Of a stretch of DNA of 64,000 bases, positions 9,869 to 18,219 are shown piece after piece. Location: contig JAXMOL010000042.1 of the NCBI GenBank assembly GCA_034669905.1, forward strand, positions 1 through 64,000, read 5' to 3'. A program made the translations under genes and the position numbers. Position 1 is the first letter of the stretch. Each line of letters opens with the position of its first letter. The notes under the pieces are model-generated. The model was not told the DNA's origin. It made no database searches and was given only the letters and a program-made list of their open reading frames with translations. This stretch comes from Candidatus Hydrogenedentota bacterium. Its GTDB lineage: Bacteria; Hydrogenedentota; Hydrogenedentia; Hydrogenedentales; JAEUWI01.

Positions 9869-9932
9869 CGTTTATTCCTTGTAGGAGTCCACCCCGAATG
9901 GCTGTTTTTTCCGTCGGCAATTTTCGCATGGA

Positions 9933-10928
9933 CTACCAAAGGGTGGTCTCTTCACCGCGGATACCCGGGCACCGTCCTGCGCTTTCGAAGAGGAGTACGT
10001 CTTGTGGAAAGCGAAGAGGCTGGGAGAGGGGTGCCCGGGTGAAGGGGTGCCGCATGCGGATGGGAAACTCGAGGAGCGTGCGTGTAAGGGCCTTGAGGGC
10101 GAGGGCATACTTGCGTGGACGGGAAACATAGGCCCGCCCCGAAAAGACTGCACAGCGACGGGCACGCAATACCCGCCCGATATCGGCGTAGATATAGCGT
10201 GCGGCACGTACTGCCAGGGCCGCACGTCCATTGAGGCTGAACATGCCCTTGTCGGCCGACGTGTAATACTGGTCCGCAATATTCAGGAGTTCGGCGACGG
10301 AATCGGCCAAGGCCCCGGCTTGGGCCGTAGGCGATTTCTGGCCCACGTCGTTGGTTAGTGGGCCCGCACCGTGCCGGGCGAGGACTTCCCGGGGGATGTA
10401 CAGGCGATCCCGTTCCCCGTCTTCCGCCACATCGCGGCAGATGTTGGTGATCTGCATGGCAATTCCCAGGTGCAAGGCATGTTGCAACGCTTCCTCGTTC
10501 CGTACCCCCAGGACATGGCTCATCATGAGGCCCACGGTGCCGGCCACGCGGTAGCAATACAGGAGGAGGGCATCCAAATCCTGGTAGCTGTAGCCGTTCG
10601 CATCCATCTCCATTCCCTTGAGGAGTTCGGCCGGGTAGAGACGAGGAATCCCGTAGCGCGTTACGACATCGTGCATGGCCACGACGACCGGGTCGTCGCC
10701 GGGCGCGGTGTCATAAATGGCATCCAGCTGCTGCTCCAGACGACGGATTACGGCACGGTGCTCTTCGGGCGGTGCCAGATCGATGGCATCGTCCACCTGA
10801 CGACACCACGTGTACAAGACCTCTACCGCATGGCGGGAGTCCGCCGGAATAAGTTTGGACGCAAACGAAAAACTCTTGCTGTGTTGCTGGATGGTGTCTC
10901 GGAAGAGGTCGGTGCTTTCGGTGCTCAT
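9933..10928 (-). CDS. crtB: phytoene synthase
   Basis: SKSFSFAS, WCRQVDDAID, YCYRVAGTVG, MQITNICRDVAED; ATGA overlap with crtI stop gives start 10928. Confidence 0.93.
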   Translation of the reverse strand: MSTESTDLFRDTIQQHSKSFSFASKLIPADSRHAVEVLYTWCRQVDDAIDLAPPEEHRAVIRRLEQQLDAIYDTAPGDDPVVVAMHDVVTRYGIPRLYPAELLKGMEMDANGYSYQDLDALLLYCYRVAGTVGLMMSHVLGVRNEEALQHALHLGIAMQITNICRDVAEDGERDRLYIPREVLARHGAGPLTNDVGQKSPTAQAGALADSVAELLNIADQYYTSADKGMFSLNGRAALAVRAARYIYADIGRVLRARRCAVFSGRAYVSRPRKYALALKALTRTLLEFPIRMRHPFTRAPLSQPLRFPQDVLLFESAGRCPGIRGEETTLW

Positions 10929-12478
10929 GCGCCTACTCCGACACCCAAATCGGCGAGGACCAGTTCGGTGGTGGCCGTGGCCGAGTTTACAACACCGGGA
11001 ACGCCCGCGCCCGGGTGGGTGCCGGCCCCGACAATATACAGGCCGGGGATTTTCGGGTCCCGGTTGTGGGGCCGGAACCAGGCGCTTTGTGTGAGGGTGG
11101 GCGCCAGCGAGAAGGCGGCCCCCTGATAGGCGTTGAGTTCCGATTTGAAATCCGTGGGGGTCATCCACCGCTGGGTGACGACGTGCTTACGCAGCTCCGG
11201 CATGTCCCGCTCCAGGTAGGTCAATATCCGTTCTGCATAGGCGGGGCCGATCGTTTCCCAGTCCAGGGGCGCGTTGCCGAGATGGGGCACGGGGCTCAGC
11301 ACATAGTAGGTGCCACCGCCCGGGGGGGCGAGGCTCGGATCCGTTACGGTCGGTGCATGGAGATAGAGGCTGAAGTCATCGGGGAGTTCCGCACCGTGGA
11401 AGATGTCTTGCAGCAGCCCTTTGTAGCGCGGCCCGAAGAGTACCGTGTGATGGGCAATGTCGTAGTTTTTGTCCGTGCCGAAATAGAGCACAAAAAGGGA
11501 CATGGACCATTGGGACCGCTCCAGCCGTCGTTGGGTATGTTGTGCCGCTTCTTCTGAGCGATAAAGGCGGGCGTAGGTGTGGTGGATGTCGGCATTGGAA
11601 ACTACGGCATCCGCTTCCATTTGGGGTAATCCACTGGAGTAAATTCGATGGCGAACCCGGCCCGATTCATGGACCACCACCACCTCGTCCACCGGTGCGC
11701 TGAGGTGCAAGGTACCGCCCAATTCTTTGAAAAGCTTCACCAGTGCCTGGATCAGGGCGCCCGTTCCACCCTTGGGGAAGTACACGCCCCAGTTGCGTTC
11801 GAGATAGTGAATCAAGGTGTAGATGGCACTCGTCTCATAGGGGTTTCCACCTACGAGGAGGGAGTGAAAACTCAGGGCCTCGCGAAGATGCTCGTCCTTC
11901 ACAAAGCGGGCCACCGTGTTGTACACACTTCGGTCCGCCCGAAGCCGCATGAGGTCGGGGGCAACCCGTATCATGTCGCGAAAATTGAGAAAGGGCACAT
12001 CGACCAGTTCTTCGTAGCCCTTGGCAAACACCTTGCGTGTGTATTCCAGGAAGCGGATGTACCCGTCCCTGTCGGCTGTGCTGCGGGCGCTAATTTGTTC
12101 CAGCATGGCGTCGAGGTCACCGGTGTAGTCCAGACGGTCCCCGTCTTCCCATTGGAGCCGATAGAAAGGCGAGACGGGCAGGAGGGTGACATAGTCGGAC
12201 AGTTTTCGATCGGCCACTTCGAAGAGGGCTTCGAGGCACTGGGGGGCCGTGATTACCGTGGGACCCGCATCAAAGGTGTAGCCCTGGTCTTCGTAGACAT
12301 AGGCTCGGCCCCCTGGTTTGTCCCGCCCCTCATAGAGGGTCACCTGCACGCCCTGGGCCTGCAGCCGAATAGCAGCGGCGAGTCCGCCAAAGCCACTTCC
12401 GATGACGGCCGCCGCGGGGCGCTCGGGATGGGGTGCAACCGGTGTTTTTTCCGTTTCTTTCAAGACTGTATCAGGCAT
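10925..12478 (-). CDS. crtI: phytoene desaturase
   Basis: VIGSGFGGLAAAIRLQ, FDAGPTVIT, DFSLYLHAP, GAGTHPGAGVPGV. Confidence 0.95.
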   Translation of the reverse strand: MPDTVLKETEKTPVAPHPERPAAAVIGSGFGGLAAAIRLQAQGVQVTLYEGRDKPGGRAYVYEDQGYTFDAGPTVITAPQCLEALFEVADRKLSDYVTLLPVSPFYRLQWEDGDRLDYTGDLDAMLEQISARSTADRDGYIRFLEYTRKVFAKGYEELVDVPFLNFRDMIRVAPDLMRLRADRSVYNTVARFVKDEHLREALSFHSLLVGGNPYETSAIYTLIHYLERNWGVYFPKGGTGALIQALVKLFKELGGTLHLSAPVDEVVVVHESGRVRHRIYSSGLPQMEADAVVSNADIHHTYARLYRSEEAAQHTQRRLERSQWSMSLFVLYFGTDKNYDIAHHTVLFGPRYKGLLQDIFHGAELPDDFSLYLHAPTVTDPSLAPPGGGTYYVLSPVPHLGNAPLDWETIGPAYAERILTYLERDMPELRKHVVTQRWMTPTDFKSELNAYQGAAFSLAPTLTQSAWFRPHNRDPKIPGLYIVGAGTHPGAGVPGVVNSATATTELVLADLGVGVGA

Positions 12479-13541
12479 AGGAGCGACACATCCTTTCGAA
12501 GGAGACCCGCATCTGGTTTAGCGCGTCGTTGCATTGGACATCGGGCCGAATGGCGAGCAGGGCATCTTCTACCGCGCCACGGAGTTGGTCGGCGGCATCC
12601 GCAGGAATGGACTGGCGCAGACGCAAACGGAGAAAGCTATAGTCCAGGTGACCGGATTGGATGTCGTGGGAAAAGTTCAACAGTTCCTGGTAAGTATGGG
12701 GCGACACAGAATCCGCCGCCCAGGCCCAGGGCCATGTGGGGGTTCCTGTCATCAGATCCTCACGGGCCTTATCGCCCCGGTCGTCTCGGCTGATGGTTCC
12801 CATATCGTCCAGCATCTGAAGGGTGATGCCCACCGATTCGCCGAAGGCAGCGAAGCGCCGGCAGGTTTCAAGATCGGCTTCGGCCGCAAGTGCGCCCAGG
12901 TAAGTGGCGAGTCCCATGAGGCTGCCCGTCTTCAGCCGCGTCTTGGAAGCGGTAACTTCATGGACATGCTCTTGTCGCACGTCGGCTATTTTGAGGCTCA
13001 CGTCGAGCCCCTGTCCCAGGTGACAGCGATATTGGGTTTCACCCAGTTGCTTCAGGGCGGCAAGGGCTCGCTCCGGTGTCAGTCCCGCTTCTCCAATGAG
13101 TTGAATGGGCCAGAAGTAGAGCCAGTTGCCAGCGTTCAGGGCGGGTGCCACGCCGTATCGGAGATGGAGTGCCTTGTCGCCGCGCCGTATCGTGGCGTCG
13201 TCTTCAATATCATCGATAATGAGTGACCCCGCGTGCAGGGCTTCCACCGCAAGGGAAAGGGTGGTGGGTTCGGGGCCCGTGGCGCCGGCGGCCTTCCACG
13301 CCCAGTGCAGCATGCCCGCGCGGATCATCTTGGAGGGCCGTCCGAGAAAGTCCTGCAGGGGGTTTCCCATGGCCCGTTGCCAGTAGGCGCGGGCGAGGGG
13401 GGCATCCTCCGGTCCCGACAGGGCGCGCAGCGAGGCGGGGGAAAAGGCGGTGCGCAGGCGATGTAGCAGATGGGCACGAAGGCGCGTGGGAATGAGGGCA
13501 TCGTGCGCGAGGTCAGCAGGCTGGGTCACGGGGGCGTTCAT
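12471..13541 (-). CDS. crtE: geranylgeranyl diphosphate / polyprenyl synthase
   Basis: LHAGSLIIDDIEDDATIRRG (FARM), GQGLD, KTG, QMLDD (SARM); ATGA overlap with crtY stop. Confidence 0.85.
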   Translation of the reverse strand: MNAPVTQPADLAHDALIPTRLRAHLLHRLRTAFSPASLRALSGPEDAPLARAYWQRAMGNPLQDFLGRPSKMIRAGMLHWAWKAAGATGPEPTTLSLAVEALHAGSLIIDDIEDDATIRRGDKALHLRYGVAPALNAGNWLYFWPIQLIGEAGLTPERALAALKQLGETQYRCHLGQGLDVSLKIADVRQEHVHEVTASKTRLKTGSLMGLATYLGALAAEADLETCRRFAAFGESVGITLQMLDDMGTISRDDRGDKAREDLMTGTPTWPWAWAADSVSPHTYQELLNFSHDIQSGHLDYSFLRLRLRQSIPADAADQLRGAVEDALLAIRPDVQCNDALNQMRVSFERMCRSYA

Positions 13542-14701
13542 AATAGGACTGCTCCTTTGAGTAACTGCCGAAAGGTAAATCCACGAGGGGGGCACCCCAT
13601 AAAAAAGCGGGCTTTGTCCCCCAGCGTGGTGTCCATCCGGTAGAACCGTTCAATGCATTGTTCCGGGAAGCGGTAGAAACGACTGAAGACGGGGTGTCGG
13701 CGGGCGGGTTCATAGGCTGTGAAGAGCAATCGATTCAGCACCGTGGCAAAGCGATACTGATTTCGATGACGGACGATGAGCTGCTCCCAATCGGCGTTCA
13801 CGGGGTTTTCCGGTGCACACTGGGCGATGTGTTCGGCCACACGAAGGGCACAGGGGAAGGAGTAGCCGGTCGCGGGGTGAAAGAACCCTCCCCGATATCC
13901 GACGGCCAGCGGCATCGCGTGCGGCCAGCGAGACGGCATTTCGTAGGGCATGGGTAAGACGCCGGATTCACATCGGATTTCCGAAGCTATGACATAGCCG
14001 TTTTGTTCGGCATAGGAGCGCACGCGCTCCCGGCCGTCGTTGCTGTCCAGCCGGGGGTTATTAGAGAAACAGGTGTCTTCTATCAGTACCCGTTGGGGAG
14101 TAAAAGGCAATACATACATGAAGCGGAAGCCGTCGTCTTGGGCGATGGTCGCGTCCATTAACAGCGGCTCGGTGCGGGGGCAGGGTGATGTCAGCGCCAG
14201 CTCCAATCCGACAAATTTCTGATAGCCCCCCCGAAAGCCAACGGGGGAGAAGGTGGGGCCCCGCCCATCCAATACATAGGTTCCTTGAAATCTCCGACCG
14301 TCCAACAAGACGACGTATCCATCCGCGACCTGGGACACGTGGGCACCCGTCACTATCTGTGTGTGGGGCGATTGCTCGAATGTGGTCGTGAGCGCCGTGG
14401 CCAGCGCCGCGGAGGAGAAAGAGCGGTACCCACAATCGACCCGCCGGGCCAACTCGGGAAATCGGACCTCGTAAGCGGGCCACTGCACGGAGGCAACGGC
14501 GGAAAGCCACGGTTCTGCGGCGGCCGGCACGTCCGCCTGATGGAACGACCAGGTGTGATTTCCGCACAGGGTGTCCGCGGATTCAAGCAACAGCACTCGG
14601 GCCGAAGGGAGATGGTGCAACAGGGCAAGGGCAATGAGGCCATTTTGCAGGCCGCCTCCGGCGAGCACGTAGTCCCAGTTTTTGTCATCGATTCTCGTCA
14701 C
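13538..14701 (-). CDS. crtY: lycopene beta-cyclase (CrtY type)
   Basis: LAGGGLQNGLIA, GNHTWSFH, YQKFVG, LMDAT…QDDGFRFMYVLP, FFHPATGYS; start GTG 14701 (GGAAAGG RBS) or 14740. Confidence 0.92.
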   Translation of the reverse strand: MTRIDDKNWDYVLAGGGLQNGLIALALLHHLPSARVLLLESADTLCGNHTWSFHQADVPAAAEPWLSAVASVQWPAYEVRFPELARRVDCGYRSFSSAALATALTTTFEQSPHTQIVTGAHVSQVADGYVVLLDGRRFQGTYVLDGRGPTFSPVGFRGGYQKFVGLELALTSPCPRTEPLLMDATIAQDDGFRFMYVLPFTPQRVLIEDTCFSNNPRLDSNDGRERVRSYAEQNGYVIASEIRCESGVLPMPYEMPSRWPHAMPLAVGYRGGFFHPATGYSFPCALRVAEHIAQCAPENPVNADWEQLIVRHRNQYRFATVLNRLLFTAYEPARRHPVFSRFYRFPEQCIERFYRMDTTLGDKARFFMGCPPRGFTFRQLLKGAVLL

Positions 14702-14745
14702 CAGCCACGACCTTTCCGGAAGCTTCCCATCGTTCCTCACGTCTC

Positions 14746-14811
14746 ATGGTACGCCCGTGGCCTCTATTTGTCAAGATAAAATTAGACAAAACACAGACAG
14801 TATGATAGGCT
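14746..14811. promoter_or_regulatory. divergent sigma70 promoters for crtY operon and idi with CarH-like repeats
   Basis: Minus strand TTGACA(14774-14769)-17bp-TACCAT(14751-14746); plus strand TAGACA(14783-14788)-17bp-TAGGCT(14806-14811); TAGACA/CAGACA at 11-bp phase. Confidence 0.7.
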
Positions 14812-14868
14812 GAATGTGGAGAGGGGGTGGTTGGCGTAGTACAATGGCCTCGAAAAGGAGTTTCAGAC

Positions 14869-15390
14869 GTGAGTGATACGGTCATTCTGGTAGACGAAGA
14901 CGATCAGTACGTGGGTACGGCGGAAAAGCTGGGCGTGCACCAACGGGGCGATTTGCATCGCGCGTTCTCGGTGTTTCTCTTTGATGAGGAGGGGCGCTGG
15001 CTCCTTCAGCGGCGACATGAAGGCAAATACCATTCGGGAGGTTTGTGGACGAACACGTGCTGCAGCCATCCGGCGCCCGGTGAAGAGACCGGGGCCGCCG
15101 CGCGACGCCGCCTCGTGATGGAAATGGGGATTGATGTACCGATTCATCGGACTTTCCGGTTCCAATACCGGGCGGAATTGGACAACGCGTTGACGGAGCA
15201 CGAAGTGGATCATGTTTTCTTCGGCAGCTATAACGGCGTTGCCCATCCCCATCCGAAGGAGGTTTCGGATTGGCGCTGGATTGATTTCGAAGCACTGCAA
15301 GGGGAGTTGTCCGCCCGGCCGGAACATTTCACCCACTGGTTTCGAATCGCGGTGCCGATGGTGCAAGCCCATATGGAACCGGCTATGTAG
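14869..15390 (+). CDS. idi: isopentenyl-diphosphate delta-isomerase type 1
   Basis: LHRAFSVFLF, WTNTCCSHP, EHEVDHVF Nudix-type Idi motifs; AAGGAG RBS before GTG 14869. Confidence 0.95.
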   Translation: MSDTVILVDEDDQYVGTAEKLGVHQRGDLHRAFSVFLFDEEGRWLLQRRHEGKYHSGGLWTNTCCSHPAPGEETGAAARRRLVMEMGIDVPIHRTFRFQYRAELDNALTEHEVDHVFFGSYNGVAHPHPKEVSDWRWIDFEALQGELSARPEHFTHWFRIAVPMVQAHMEPAM

Positions 15391-15521
15391 GAGTAGGACT
15401 TAGAGCACGCCCGAAATGTTTGGGAAAGGTCCGGGGGCTCGTGTAGACTGGCGTTCATGTCGAAGTTTCGTTGGCTACCAACCGCCCCGACATGTGTACG
15501 GGGCCCCTTGAAAGGCACCGT

Positions 15522-17201
15522 ATGAACGCTGTTACCTCGCGTTGGGCACGTACCGCATCGACTCTTTTTGCCCTGGTTGTCGGGCTCTCTGCCTGCTACC
15601 CCAATGTACCGATTGCGCGTTTTCAGCTCATCAACGAGTCCCCCTATGAAATTACCTTTTTCGCGGTCGCGGAATCGGAGGCCGGGCTGGAAGAGGCGCC
15701 CAACCTGCTTACGTCCAACCTGTCGGCGAGCGCGGTGGCCGATGCCGATGTGGATGGCGCAGGCACCTACTGGCTGCGGGCTGTCGCCTCCGTGAATGGC
15801 ACGCCCGTGACCCATACCGCGGGGCCCATGCGGATGAATGGCGGAACAGTCGGCTGGGTCTGGGCGGCGGAAGGCGATAGCGTCGTAGCCAGCACCGCCG
15901 CGGCCGATATTTTTGCCCAGACCACCTTGCCCGCACTCCTGATCGACACCAACGGGGTGGCGGTGCCCGATGAGCCGAAAATTAACGCATCCCTCTATGT
16001 GGTCGATCACCAGGATGGCACCGTCAACCGCCCCACGGATACACCCACCCAACCGGTTGTGTCCATTGGCATTGAACGCCGGGGCTACTCCACCCAGACC
16101 TTCCCCAAGGCCTCCTGGGGCGTTGAAGGGCGGGACGCCGAAGGTAATGACGAAAACTTCGCCTTGCTGGGCCTGCCCGAAGAAGAAGACTGGGTCCTGT
16201 ATGGCCCCTGGATGGACCGGAGCCTTATTCGCAATGCGCTTGGCTATGAATTGTGGGGCGCTCTCGGTTGGTATGCACCCCGAACCCGTTTTTGCGAGGT
16301 CTACCTGCACGATGACCCGAGCCGGAGCATTCCCGAGTCCTATGTGGGGGTCTATCTCCTGACGGAGAAAATAAAGCGGGACAAGAACCGACTGGACATC
16401 AAGAAGCTGGACCCCGAAGACGATGCCGAGCCGGCTATCACGGGCGGCTATCTCATGGAAATGCGGGAACCCGATCGTCTCGATCCCGGTGAGGTCGCCA
16501 TTCCCATTCGCGATGGGTTTGTTATGACGCCCGTGTCGCCCAACAGCAGCAAGATTACCGGTGCCCAGGTGGTGTGGTTTCGCCGTCACATTCAGGCCTT
16601 TGAGGCGGCCCTCTTCGGTCCCGATTTCCGGGACCCCGAAAAAGGCTATGCACCCTTCATCGATACCGATTCCTTCGTGGACTACATGTTGCTCCAGGAA
16701 TTCTTTAAAAACCGGGATGCCTTCCACTCCAGCACCTTCCTCTATAAAGATCGGGAGGACGTGATCCACATGGGACCCATCTGGGACCTGAACATCGCTA
16801 TGGGCTATTTCAGCTTTCAGGGCATCCAAGGCACCGACGGCTGGCTGCTCAACACGAACGGTGGTCCCGTTTCACGGAGTCCCTGGACCGCCCGTCTGTT
16901 GGAAGACCCCGCCTTTGCCCAACGCTACCAGGCCCGTTGGCAGGAGCTTCGGAACAGCACCCTTTCCACGGTGGCTATTGAAGAACGCATTGATGCCCTG
17001 GTCGCCCAACTGAACACGGCGCAGGCCCGCCAGTTTATCCGTTGGCCCTCACTGGGCATGACCCTCTTTCCCGATATTAATTTTCTCATGTTTGCCGGGC
17101 CCCACCCGGATTCCTATCAGGGGGAGATTGAATACCTCAAGACCTGGCTCGAAGACCGCGGTCGTTGGATAGACGAACACATCGCCGAGCTCGCCCGCTA
17201 A
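15522..17201 (+). CDS. CotH kinase family lipoprotein
   Basis: Lipobox LSAC; RGYST…PKASW, DRSLIRN, YVGVYLLTEKIK, GPIWDLNIAMG CotH motifs. Confidence 0.85.
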   Translation: MNAVTSRWARTASTLFALVVGLSACYPNVPIARFQLINESPYEITFFAVAESEAGLEEAPNLLTSNLSASAVADADVDGAGTYWLRAVASVNGTPVTHTAGPMRMNGGTVGWVWAAEGDSVVASTAAADIFAQTTLPALLIDTNGVAVPDEPKINASLYVVDHQDGTVNRPTDTPTQPVVSIGIERRGYSTQTFPKASWGVEGRDAEGNDENFALLGLPEEEDWVLYGPWMDRSLIRNALGYELWGALGWYAPRTRFCEVYLHDDPSRSIPESYVGVYLLTEKIKRDKNRLDIKKLDPEDDAEPAITGGYLMEMREPDRLDPGEVAIPIRDGFVMTPVSPNSSKITGAQVVWFRRHIQAFEAALFGPDFRDPEKGYAPFIDTDSFVDYMLLQEFFKNRDAFHSSTFLYKDREDVIHMGPIWDLNIAMGYFSFQGIQGTDGWLLNTNGGPVSRSPWTARLLEDPAFAQRYQARWQELRNSTLSTVAIEERIDALVAQLNTAQARQFIRWPSLGMTLFPDINFLMFAGPHPDSYQGEIEYLKTWLEDRGRWIDEHIAELAR

Positions 17202-17223
17202 GCCCGTCGAATTTCTGATTGTC

Positions 17224-17261
17224 AACGCCGTCCGTTCCTCTTGGAGCGGACGGCGTTTTTT
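17224..17261 (+). terminator. intrinsic terminator
   Basis: AACGCCGTCCGTTCC…GGAGCGGACGGCGTT followed by a T run. Confidence 0.8.
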
Positions 17262-17357
17262 ACCAGGGACGTTGACGCCTGCCGCCCTTCGGTCTATACT
17301 CGCGGAAACTGCTAACGTGTGGCCCCAAGGGGGCTGGGAATTCAGGGAGACTCCATC

Positions 17358-17846
17358 GTGGAACAAGATTCGACTCCGAAACATCGCCGTGCCTTCATGA
17401 CGGCTTCTATTGCCAGCCTGGCCGGTGGCGCGGCCGCCGCGGTGAGTGCGACCCCGGCCCATGCCGCCGTCACGCGGACGGGCCTGCACCCTGATGGTGC
17501 GCCGGCGGACGACTCGGGCTACACACCGGGCATCGTGGCAACGGGCGGCGAGAAGGTGGTCTTTGTGTCGGGACAGGGTCCGGAGGATTACGACGCGGAT
17601 ATGGAAACCCAGATGCGCCAGACCTTCGACCGTATCGGGCGCGTCCTGGCCGAGGCCGGTGCCGGCTGGGAACACGTGGTTATCCTGCGCTCCTATTTTG
17701 TGCACATGGAGCGGGACCTGCCCGCCTACCGCAAGGTGCGGAAGGAGTATCTCAAGAAGCCCTACCCCGCCTCGACGGCCGTGGGTACTCCCGTTCTGGC
17801 TATCCCCGGATTGGATATTGAGATTGAAGCCGTCGCGATTGTTTAG
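17358..17846 (+). CDS. RidA/YjgF/Rid family protein with Tat signal
   Basis: HRRAFM…PAHA Tat-like leader; VFVSGQGP, PASTAV, IEIEAVA Rid motifs; GGGAGA RBS before GTG. Confidence 0.85.
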   Translation: MEQDSTPKHRRAFMTASIASLAGGAAAAVSATPAHAAVTRTGLHPDGAPADDSGYTPGIVATGGEKVVFVSGQGPEDYDADMETQMRQTFDRIGRVLAEAGAGWEHVVILRSYFVHMERDLPAYRKVRKEYLKKPYPASTAVGTPVLAIPGLDIEIEAVAIV

Positions 17847-17897
17847 TTAAGCCTCGGACAACGAGGCGTGCCGACCCGTAGCGCGTTTACAATACCC

Positions 17898-18047
17898 CGT
17901 GCCGCGCGCTCCCGAGGTACGCGGGTTCGTGCGATTGAGGTGCTCGCAATGAGCAATCACAAGGCCCTCAGCGTATTCAGCCCGGCGACCTACGCACGAA
18001 CCCGTCAGGACTCGTTGATACTCGCCTTTTGGGGATCGCGCGGCACG
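17898..18047. ncRNA. candidate structured ncRNA or MITE-like element (long nested hairpin)
   Basis: Perfect 11-bp terminal IR CGTGCCGCGCG/CGCGCGGCACG and perfect 12-bp inner IR CGGGTTCGTGCG/CGCACGAACCCG; TACAAT 4 nt upstream. Confidence 0.45.
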
Positions 18048-18107
18048 TTTGTTGCCTGAAGTTTCCTTTTCCAAAAGGTATTATCGCTATTTTCTCATGA
18101 GTTAATT

Positions 18108-18158
18108 AAAACGCCTCGCTCCGACTGGTCAGCGACCGTGAGAGCAAGGCGTTTTTTA
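18108..18158. terminator. bidirectional terminator-like hairpin downstream of degP
   Basis: AAAACGCCTCGCTC…GAGCAAGGCGTTTTTTT. Confidence 0.6.
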
Positions 18159-18219
18159 TAGGGACCGGGGTGCCGGGCGCGGTGGCAAGGGACCACCACG
18201 CCCGACGAACACTCAACCG

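Noticed and set aside
10929..11168. N-terminal extension of crtB
   Set aside because: Overlaps crtI; ATGA coupling at 10925-10928 gives the real start
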